DNA from: Acanthaster planci
Taxonomy: Eukaryota
Length of the DNA: 63,320 nucleotides
Reading direction: 5' to 3'
NCBI RefSeq assembly: GCF_001949145.1
Contig: NW_019091360.1
Location: 4,150,693 to 4,214,012 of the forward strand
Shown: positions 25,360 through 37,300 of the stretch, one piece after another
Position numbering within the stretch: position 1 is the first letter of the stretch
Layout: each line of letters begins with the position of its first letter
Notes under the pieces: generated by a model
What the model was told of the DNA's origin: nothing
The model's database searches: none
The model's input: the letters and a program-made list of their open reading frames with translations, nothing else
Program-made: the position numbers and the translations under genes

Positions 25360-28300
25360 TCAAACTGGTCCATTCTGCTTTGTTGCTGCTGTGAACTGGT
25401 TCAGGGCAGCTGTTGCCTCAGCCCTGTCCAATCCAAAACAGAGAGAAAATAAAACTTGACTGAAATTCACTGACAGGTCCTTAGTGTGAAAAAGGGACTT
25501 TCTGACAGTGAGACAAACCAACATGGGCAGATGATCATGAAAGGGTAGATTTTTCTTACCTTGCTTTTTCTAGACGCTCTGACTCCGATGGGCCATTAGG
25601 TTTAGGTGAGAGTCCAGGACCACCCTTCATCAAACCACTTGATGCCAGGAAGCTGAAAGATAACAATTCACTATCAATATCATTCTTTATCACATGCGTT
25701 GTGAAATACGCTTTCAAAAATGTGACCATATGCTGCCGGGGAGCCTGGTTTCGGGTACATGTTCTATATAAGCACAGTCCGGGAGTCCGAAATCGGACAA
25801 AAGAGCGGGGCCTTGTAACAAAATACTGTACTCAGAACAAAAGACCAAGCTGCTGGGAATTGCCAACATTTTTTTCAGTTGTCAATAGCAGAGGAAATCT
25901 GTCATTGTTTTGAAAGATTATACCACTGTTTGTGGCATTCAGCGCATGCAACTTCAAATTACACCCGGTAGCAAGTGGTTAATGCTCTATGAAATGAATG
26001 CCAAGTAAGCGGATTCTGTCCACTAGTTGGTATCTACATGTACAAGCTTTTGCTTGAAGTGAACAAGTTGATTCTGACTGGTGATCAGCATGGTAGTCAT
26101 TATTTGGGCTTGTCTTCACCTCCACGTGTCCTCACCTGAAGTTGTCTTCCAAGTCCTCTTCATCTTCATCCTGAGGCTGACTACAGTTACCATCAACCAC
26201 TTCAATCACCGTAGACACCGGCTGTTGTACGTCATCCACAGTGTTTCTCTGTTTAGCGATTGTCTCTTCACTACTGACCTCTGCAGCGCCCTCTTGTGCT
26301 GAATGACTGTCAGCTTCCTGTTTCTGAGGCTGAGAAAGTCCTGAGCCATCCAAGGAATTGGGAGCACCGCTTTGTGCCTCTAATTGGGGTGGAGGTTTGA
26401 CTTCTTGCTGCATTAATTGGTTACTATTAATAGAGTCCGAGCTTGAGCTCATCTCGTGGAGATTCTTGGCTTGAATTTCGGAGTTCAGAAGAGATTGGCC
26501 CGGCGACAGTGGCTCCATCTGGGGATCTACCACGGTGCTGTCAGGTTGAGGGGCAGCAGGTTGCGGGGATAACGGGAAGGCAGGATAGGAATTGTGTAAT
26601 GAGGTGACAGTGTCCTGACTAAATGAGGAATTACCGCTCTGTGAACACAGTTCTACCACCATGTCTCTACAGAAAGAAGAGAAATCACTCAGAGGTTTAC
26701 ACTGCTGAATATTCACATTATTCTTCATTTCGATTCCACGTAAAAATTAACGAGCAAAGAAATATTCTCCCATGTCCTAAGGGAAGCTGGGAATAAAAAC
26801 CTCACAAGAGAGGCTCTTGATCCAACTGCGTGATCACTATCAGTTATATGTCAAATATATTTACATTAATACAACTCACGTCACCTTGCCACCAGTGATT
26901 ATTTCACACGTTACGATAACAACTGTTACTTTAGACCACATGACAGGCTACCAGATGGAAAATTGCACAACATGAACTAGTATTGATCTGAGTTCAGCTG
27001 CTGTAGATCCACACTGAAATCTACCATCTTGAGGTACCATATCTACTTGATACTGCATCAGCAATCTTGCCCAAAGTTCTCCCTGCTTACCTCCGTTCTA
27101 CAACTGTATCTATCAATGACGATATCTCACCTGTCTTCCGGCACACTGTGCTCAGACTGTGTTGATGTTCCGATGCTTGTCACCTGTGTGCTCCGATTGC
27201 TGTCTTCGGGGTGCTTTTCTTGTTCTGGGTTACTTGAAACAACTGCGAGGTAGGAACAAACTATCTCGTGTAAACAGTTCACACTTTCTTTCAGAAATCG
27301 CCGATTACGATAGATTTAAGTGGATGTGTTTTTAATAGAGCTCTCGTGTTTAAAGGCATTCCCATCCTCCTTTTCTAGCATCAATGGAATTAAAATTGTA
27401 TGAGGGTTAATGAATTAACTGCTAAAGCTAACAACATCAATTCCATAACCAACCAAGGAAACTAATTAAGTACCAGACTGAGACTTAGATACCGACCCTC
27501 CGCGAGGCCTCCTAGTGAGGATACCTAGAGGATGTTTCAGGGGGAAACCAACCAAGTACCAAGTAGTACCAAGTAATAGTTAGCCCTAATATTTATCAGT
27601 CAAATTCCTCAAGACAATATTTACCAGACACTTGTTTTTGGACACTCGCTGCATCATACCCATCTATTTTTTGTAGTCATTAAAATCCAGTGCAAATTGT
27701 AACCTGGTTATTTTACCATAAGCAGCACCAGGTTGAGCTGGGTATAGTGGTGTAGCCTCATTGCTTGTAGCTTCTTGGCCTGAGATATCGTCTTGGGAGG
27801 ACTCACTATCCATAGCAATGGGAGAGCTACTCCGAGGACCCTCAGGACTGCGGTGACAAAACATACATTAATAGAATCCCTTCATGTCTATAGCATTAAG
27901 AGGACTGTTTACAATAATCTGGTCTGTTGAAGGCAGTCTGTCTTGTAGAGTCTCGCATCGTGTTCATATCAGAGATTCGGTGGCTGTTTTGTTTTTCAAA
28001 GTAACTTTGGGAGGCCATTCAATGACTGGAAAGACAAAATGATTCCCTAAACCTTTTTGGTAATTTAAACTTCGCAAAGAGGAAGATGAGATGTAATATC
28101 CGCTCTCAGCAGGAACAATAGAGGGTGTGCTTTTGCATAGCAAAGACAGTCCTTTCGTTAGAACTCACTGTGGGACATGCAAGGGTGTATGTAAATTTGG
28201 CACAGGATGTGCTGAGCACACACCACCAACTTCTGTTTGAATCTACGGTCTTTGCTTGTTTCAAACAGATTCAAATGAAAAGCGACAAATCTTAGAACGA

Positions 28301-31300
28301 CTCAAAAAGTAAATTATTCATTAAAAATATAAAAGGCACAGAAATTTTCAACGAGGCAAGAAGTAATGTTCATCTCTTAAATTTTGCTAAATCGTGGCTG
28401 GAGATACTCCTAGACGTGAAGAAGCTATTATAGTGATTATCATGTACAACTGTGTGTGTTACTGCCACTGATTTGTATATGGATTAATCATCAACAATCT
28501 GCCGGTCAGAAAAGACTGAATATTTGGAAATTCGATCGAATTGAAGGTCAAATGTTGGAATAATGAATTATTTGAATTGATTCAGCCCTCAGAACACCCT
28601 TCAACTCGGGGCAGATAACAGTGACAATACTGACCTTCCTCAAATTAGGCTATTATTATCGGAAGACAATGTAAGTTGTGGCTAGCAACTGAAATCACTT
28701 ACCAACATGACAGACTGACCAGTGAACACACACCGAGAAACTTTTCAAAACACGAATTTATAGTAGGAATCAGTTTTTGGAGCGCTCAAACAGATTTCGA
28801 ACAAAGTTTTAGAGGGATTGGGTCAAAAATAGGAATATCATTTTGAAAAGAACTGGTACCTAGAAGAGTTGAAGCCAGCATTGAAGTCATCGAAGTTAGC
28901 CCAGCCTGTCTCAGGTTCCCCAGCTTGACTGGACCGTGCTTGAGGGGGTGAATCTGGCCAGGTTGTGGGTGTTGTATCCATAGCAACAGATCCATCCATG
29001 GGAACGTCGTCAAAATTGGCTGTCCAGGCTTAAGCAAAGGAATCAGGACAATTTAAATGTAGCGATACTCAAAGCAAACAATTAATAACACTGCTGCCCT
29101 AGATTGATTTCAGTCTTTATGCATGCAAATGACAAGTTGGGAAAAGTAAGTTGATTTGGTTCAAGATGAGTAAATTTGACACATTGTGAATAATTCCACA
29201 ACAAAGAATTCACTTATAATCCTCTACAGCCATAGACAATGAACAAATACCACTAAATTCTCTGCGAGCTTTCCAAGTACTGATAATTAGAGAACTCACT
29301 GTCGGCTGAGTCCACATCCATCTTCGTCTCTTCGCTATTTGATGGAGAGGGTTGAGGGGAGCCTGCCATCGCTTCCTTTGTATGTTCATCTTCGCTGTCA
29401 CTGTCATCGCTAGCAGCACCAAGGCCTGCAGTCGAATCACTGAAATCAACAATACACCCATGAGCTAGAATCTTGTACAAAATTCACAACTTCAAGCCCA
29501 AACCAAATTGTGCCTTAAGTGGAAACTGCAAAGAGACAACTGGCAAGTTCAAACCTTGGCATGTGCTGTTTACGTATCTTTTACAACACATACTTTTAAC
29601 AATGAAACTAGACAACATTTGTGCTTTTGAGCGTGAATGGTTTTCTACTTCTAATTATTGAGGAAAAAAAGGGAATTGTATTTTTGTCTGAAATTATTGC
29701 TTACCATGTTCTAGACTCATCAACACTGGATAAGAAGGTTAATTCTTTCTCTTCCCACATATCTTCTTCATCGCTGTTGTTATCATTGAACTTCGATATT
29801 CTTTCATTACAACAAGCCTCAAACAAAGCTGAATTGGGCTGGGGAAGAAAAAAATTGGAAATATGAATTCAGTAACCAAATTTGGCTCCAATCAACAAGA
29901 GCTCAAACAATGCCTTCTCCTAAAAATTCCAGTTGAATTACAACTGAGCACTTAACTAGAATATCTTGAAATTTAAATGTGAAAAACGTGTAGGAATTCC
30001 CAATTTCGAACAAAACCGAAATTTCAAATAATGCCAGAGACAGTTAGCTCCCAAGTCAGGATGGTCATTATACTTACATTGTCTTCATTTGCTGATATTG
30101 AGAAGCTGATATCCGATATTGTGTCAAATGGATTGCTACACAGAAAGGCAGAAACATGAAAAGTAATCACTACAAAAGAAAGCAACACAAAACCTATTTA
30201 ATTCCTGAACTGCAATAGAAATTCCACTTATCTTTCAAAGTGCCCAACTGCTTTCCAGTCACACATTTATGTTAAACTTTAACACATTATTCTATAGGCA
30301 CATGGCAACCTGACAGTCTACTGATTGTCTTTTCTGGGGAAGATCTCATGCTGAATTTCGGTGCATGAGGGGAATGATAGCTTCCAAAAACACAGCAGAG
30401 AGCAGAGAACATTATAAAGATACATACCTAGACAAGGAGATAATTAAGATATTGAATAGTCATGCAAAACCCACAAAAGAAACCATAAAACGGAAAAAGA
30501 GGAAGAAGGTAAATGTAACAGAAAAATGGAAAAAAGATGGAACAACATTTTCAGGGGGGGGTGCAAATTAAAACCAACCATGTTGACTATTTTGGAGATA
30601 ACACCCTTAGACCATTTTACTCACAGACAAAAATTATGTAAAAACAACGAGTTAATCTGAGATCCTAAATACAACTTCAAAATTAAGAGCCCAAAGATCA
30701 GAAATGAACCTTGAAGAAATAAAATCAATTTCTTGTGGTTTTCAACACACTATTACTGTTTCACATCACTACTTATTCCGCAATTTTCTCTACCTTGCGC
30801 ATCTAAAATTTGCCATACGAAATTCACAAACTAAACTGGAATTCTATGACCAAATGAAAGCAAAGCAAACACTGGGAGAACAAGATAAAGGTAAAGGATC
30901 AGAAGGAAAAGGAGAGCCAAGACTAAAAGTCTGACTTGCTTTGCTTACTTGACATTTTCTTCTTGCTTGGTGAAGTCCTCATCGCTGAATCCAAACTGGT
31001 CAATAAAATGGGACGTCATTTGTTGCATCTGATAATCAGAGAATGCCTGCCGTGGCGGCAGACCGAAGGAAATGCAACAATGTATGGTGAAGGCACACAC
31101 ACACACAAAAACACACGCATACAACGCTGTTCATGGGAGGAGTATTTATAGCGGGTGGGTTGGTCGAAGGAACAAGATGCATCAACTCAAAGTAAACGAG
31201 TCAACCAACCCAACCTGTTGGTGTCCATTACCAGCTGCCCTGAAGCTTGCGTTACCTCCAAGTTGGTCAGATTTAATCAGTTCAACATTTTCATCTTCAA

Positions 31301-34300
31301 ACTTTTGTGTTTCTGCAAACACACTGCAAACCTGAACTCAACTGGGGGCAAGAGTCTCCAGCAGCCAGTAAACTGACACCAAAATATTTACTAAGAAAAT
31401 ATAGAACGCTAAGCAAGCAAGCAAGCAAGCAGTGCATTTGCAATACCAAAAGTGCACATGCAAGAGCAAACTAGCATGAGATCTACTTCAATGGAATTGC
31501 TTTCAAGAGACTAGTAACTGCATGCGTTGCCAATAAAAAGAAAACGGGCTGCTTTGGATGCAACTGTTGTTTCAGAATAAAGATGTGACTTTTGATCATC
31601 ATATTGATTTTCTTTTTCCAAATGCATTTTAAGTAACAAACAAATCATAAAATGCCAATGCAATATAATTTTAGAAATTAATTCAAACTTGAGGTCAGTA
31701 CTGACATTTTAGTTTGAAAGAAGAGCAAGTGTTGACAAGGTCAACAGCAAGAGAATTTGTTATTCAATGTTGAGCATCGTATCACTTGTTATCCAGAGAG
31801 CTAGGTGATTAGGTGGTACATTCTGACAAAATGTTGCGACTGGTTTAAAACAAAAGGATGAAGACACAAGGAAATGAAAAGAAAGATAAGAGAGAGGATG
31901 AACGCAAGAGAAAAGGAAACAGGTACAATGAAGCAGGATGCAGAGTGTGAGTATTTGCTGTTTGTACGAGGTATAAACTGTTGCTTTCGCGTGACTTTGT
32001 TTCCTTTTCATTTGGATGTTCTTTTTAGACATACAACTAATATCTGATATTGCAATTTGGCAGGCAGCATAGCAAGGTTGCAACATGCACATTAACTATC
32101 TCCGATCTATCCAACCAACTGACAGACCATAATTGTCATTGAAGGAACAGTATGCCACAATTCTGGTGCATCAGTTAGCAGAGTATGTGTGCCTTCCCAC
32201 AAAACAATACGGTTTTCATCTCATTTCAGCTTAACTTGAGCACCCCTGGAATTACTCAACTCAAAGAAACTTTCACATGCTTGATTTGCGAGGGGAGTCA
32301 ACTTAAGCTGAAATTATTTTCAGACATACGAAAAGAAAGATATTTTTATGTTGTAACAAACAAGTCCTGCTTCATGCAAATTCCTTTTATTTTGTGATTA
32401 TTTAGTATGTCCAGAATGCAGCTGGAAGGAAAAGACTTCAGGAAATCCAGTAGTACTTTATCCAATCTGAATTAGGCTCTCAGTCACCATTACTTCACAT
32501 GAAATTTATGTCTCAGTTTACAAGAGAATATTGTGTTCCTTATTTTATTTTGGCAAAATACTGGATTTTGTCAGATCCAAGAAAGTTATATGGAAAAACC
32601 CATTGGGTTAGTAAACATATCTGTTCATTTTTTAAAAATGAATTTGAGACTTTTTCGAAATGGGCTTCTGTTCATGATTTACAGTGCAATGTCATTAAAA
32701 GCCAATCTACCCCATCTTAAGAAAACAAAATATAAGGTAGTAGCTAACCTTTGACATGACCTTTGCAATGACCTGATTTGTTACAACTTAAAATACTGAA
32801 GGGTCACTTGAAATCAGAGTTCAACAGGTCAGCACATAGTGAGAGCAAAACGTCATACAGTCGGAACAGTTTGATAATGTAATGTACTAGATAAGCAGAA
32901 CTCTGTGGTTACTGCTCAACACTTCAAGCAAACCAGTAAAATCTGATTTCAAGCTAATGTCGGTGAAATATTTCAATTTCTGCAATTCCTTTCCATGTGG
33001 TCGGTAACGAAAGGAGGGGGTTGCAAAATTTTATATCCCAACAAAATTAAAATAATAAAAAAATGCCAGACCATGATTTCCAAATGGCCGAGGCAGTGTG
33101 TTGCAAACCATCAACAAAATCATTTTTGCTTTGTCTTCTAAGAAAGCTTTAATGTATCAGGTTCTAAATGGGCATACTTTTTAAGTTTGCAAGCGTACTC
33201 AATGAACTTGTTTCAAGTACCCCGTCATTATTGAATCACATATTCACGTGAATGAAGCACAGTATTTTATATTTCAGCATCATAGAAATTTGACAACAAA
33301 TAATTCCACTTTCTTTCCATCATCCACTTAACCCATCAACTGAAAAACACTGCATTAGTAATACTAAGTGAATGTTGTTTATTAAGACTTGAAGCAAATT
33401 ATGTGCAATGCGTAAACGAGTTGTGACAAATTGCTGTTTGGTTTGGTTTTGTTTTTTTACTGTTGCAATGAGGTCTGAGAGAGATAATGCCCATGCAGAT
33501 TGTGTGGAGACTTCTGGTTTATCATCACAGCAGAAAATCCACAACTACATACCTGTTGTACTGCAGTGTCTTTGCCAAAGTCTATATTACCAAAATCTCC
33601 ATCGTCATCCTCACTGGAGGAATGTAAGGGATGTGTACCAACCTGCAAACACACAGAGACCATGTAGGATTTCACTGGCCTACAAATACGTCATATCAGG
33701 ACATGGGAACATTCAAAACACCCAGTTCAAATAAGGCAAAACACATCGGGACAAAGCGGTTTCAGCTATTACGGAAAATTAAAGCACTGTTGAAGATCAG
33801 GCGCTAAATTCTTTGTAAGGCCTCATGTTTTGCTTATGCCAAGTTCCCGTCTGTGAGGTTTATCATTCTAGAGTTTGAGACACAGTACATGGATTGAATA
33901 TGTACAGTTTTGACCACGTACACTTAGACTAAATTACAACTGTTAAGAAATGTTATAAGTCACTCACCAAATCTACTGTATTCCGTTTGTTGAGTTCAGA
34001 CAAACTCCCCACTACAAAGGAAGTCCATTTATCTCTGTAGTCCTCTGGTACATATTCTGAAGCGAGAAAGGAAAAACAAACGGCATTTCACCATTATGAA
34101 GAGAACAACGGAGCACACTTCCGTCGTTTGTCACATCAGCACATCAAGATGCCTCATGCAACTGTGACCAATGTTTGTGAGTTAGACTTCTCACTCTATA
34201 TCAAGAAAAACACGTAATACTGGATCTGTTGTTTGCTTTTTCTCTATCTCACCTTGAAATAAAGACTTGATCTGATCACAATTACAGCCTTTCTCCATCT

Positions 34301-37300
34301 CATGGATGACTGTATTAGTGATACGAGTCAGGTGACCCATGTAGCCTCGACGTGACCCTCCCTTCTGTTGCGTTTGTTCATTTTCCTCCCAGCTTTCCAG
34401 TATCCTCTGGATCAGTTTACAGTCGGTAAAGAGCTGCAGGTGGCAAGAAAAAAAACAAGGCATGTACATCAATACTAAAGTTAAACAATTTGGGGCATGT
34501 TTGTTTCACAGGGATCTGGATCTCCATCAGTGATCTGTGGTTAGTTCACTGACACCTGAACCCACCTAATGGATGGAACAAACCAGCATTGGGATCACTG
34601 ATTGAAGATCTAGATCTGTGTCAAACAACCAGGCCCTATGACAAAAGTATACACTTCTACTTTGAAAAGAATGTCATAACCTGTTCAAAAGAAGCAGATA
34701 TATTGTGCTGATTGATTAAAGTTCGAAACCATTTCTAAGAGGTGACACACAAGGTTGATTCAAGGGTACACAAATCATGTGACTGAGCTTTTCCACAATT
34801 AGGCTGAATACTGGATGTTAGATATCCAATGACGTTGGGCACTAGATAAGGCTAAATACCAGATAAAGATGAATACTCAATGAGGCTAGATTTTAGAAGA
34901 GGCTGGATATAAGTCCAGGCTGGAAACTAAATGAAGTGAGATACTAGATGAGGTCAGATACTAGATAAGGCTGAATACTTAATGTAGATGAGGTTTGATA
35001 TTGGATGAGGTTAGCTACCAGATGAGGATGAATACTCAATGAGGCTGGATGTTAGAAGAGGCTGGATACTAGTTGAGGCTGGAAACTAGATAAGTTTAAA
35101 TACCAAGTGAGATTGAATAGTGAATAAGGTTGGATACTTGATGAGGCTGGATACTAAATAAGGTTAAATACCAAGTGAGATTGAATAGTGAATGAGGTTG
35201 GATACTAAATGAGGCTGGATACTAGATAACATATGCAGCAAGGTATGAGACGGAGAGAACCCCCCCTNCAGGAATCTGGGGAATTCCTTTCAGACATCTT
35301 GGGGGATGTGTTAAGTAACAATAGTCTGGAATGTGTATAGGGATTCGACATGTTGGGGGGGTACCCCTCGGTCTCATTTCTTGCTGGGTATACTAGATAA
35401 GGCAGAAGAGTACATGAAGTTGGATACTTACATGGACTAAAAGTGGATGCTGTGTTTTTCCTTCTTCCGACTCGGTGGGATTGTTAGCCAGAATTGTGCT
35501 TATACACTTCTCGACCTCCAGATGTAGGAAATTATTCCAAGCATACTGAAATAAAAGTTCCTGTGAACACAAAATGGACAGTCATGTAAGTGCAGATAGA
35601 ACAGGACGCTCAGTACTCTGTCTTCTTGTTTGTTCAGAGAGTTCTGATAGCCCTATAATTATGGCTTAGTTATTCGTAAAAATAGAAAATATAGACAATT
35701 GAGAGCATGAGTTTGTCATCTTAACAATGCATGAGGGTTATGCAAGTCAACTGTTAGGAAATCTAACCACGTTATCATTTTGTCAAAGCTCGTTATAAAA
35801 GCCAGGTGGCTACGATGTACTAATGTCACAATTCAGAACAACAGATTTCTTGATATCCTTTCAGATTTGTGCAACATTCTGGAAGTACCACAAATATGCA
35901 CATACATTAAAATACTTTTCTGCACATTAAAGTCAAGTCTTTAGTCCTAAATATAGCCAAACTTCTAACAGATCAGTATGACTCCAAGTATCAATCTGAA
36001 AACCTTTATCTTTTACACAGCTTGACGTACATCAAGCTCACTACATTCATACCCTTGAACAACCAACAACCTGCAAACCCTAAGCTCCGTCAATTATAGA
36101 TACTTGCCGATATTGATATATCGGCGGTCCTGTATTAATAATACCGATATATCGAGCTCAAAACCAATGGCGTAATGCGTGCATATTGCCGGACGCCTTT
36201 TGCAGTTAGGCGGCTTAGGCCCCCACCAATTGGTCCTAACCGTACAGCACGTGACAAGTCTGTTGGAATTTGTGAGCTTTTTTTATTCTTCCCCAAACAA
36301 AAGAGAAGTTGACAACACCAATGACCTCCAGTCAAAACGGTATATCCAAATGCAAAGGCACGCATACTCCGGCCAGTTTGCAATCTGAGCAGTAGGCTTC
36401 ATGCATGGCTTCCTGCGACAGTAGGTTCCTTCCTTCAACCAATCACCGTTGATGAAATTGCTACGCCACAATACAACATGAATATACATCACCCAAACTG
36501 TTGCATGGATGCATAGAAGGCACAGGAATCTGATGCATCATTTACACAAGTCCAGGCAATGGCTATTTCTTAACCACTCAAAGATTTTGCCTGGTGTCAT
36601 ATGGGTCATTTCACGAAGTTGTATAACAAAGTGTGAGAGAAGAGCTGAAATTTCAAATTCACTTATCAGTCATTTTCCCTGAAGTTTGACACATTATTAA
36701 CTGTGCTTCTCATAACTAAAAATACGTTTGCAATAACTTTGGCGGACAAGGAAATACTCAGGTATTATGCGACATGTAACGGGTTGTAAATATAACACAG
36801 AAACCACATAGAGTTGCAGCATGCAGCCAAGATTTCTCCCAGTGGCAATATGTTATGAAGCTTCATTTGTTATGTTCTAAATATTGGCAAGTATCCCAAC
36901 AAAAATAAAACATTAAAGAAGGGAACATAATACAAGAATGAATGTCAGGGTAGGTACATGAACTCATTTTGGGAGAATTTTCCAGCCCAGGTACTGTGCG
37001 GTTGGGCCGAGCATTTTCCCATATTCGATCAGCATGGTCGGGTTCGAACAAAGTGTAATCTTTTTGACAAATACGGCTGCATGGATGGCAATATTTGTGT
37101 TGATCTTTGCCACGTTATATTCACTAGCGCGGCTCCTCACAGCGCGGAATCGCTCTACCCTTAATCCTTGAGAGATATGTGGAACTAGATTTATTAGCAC
37201 CAAGACTATGCCATTTTTGACCTGTGGGGGCATGTACCATATTTTCCTTTTGTTGTTTAGATAATCACATCATGGAAGTATGCAAACTGGAGTGATTACT

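Noticed and set aside
27085..27130. Extra gtaagc donor 40 nt downstream of PPP6R3 exon 27131-27242
   Set aside because: Extension hits an immediate TGA, and a separate microexon would need an intron that is too short.
34800..35230. CRISPR-like appearance of repeats
   Set aside because: Degenerate tandem units without unique spacers, in a eukaryotic intron, with no cas genes.
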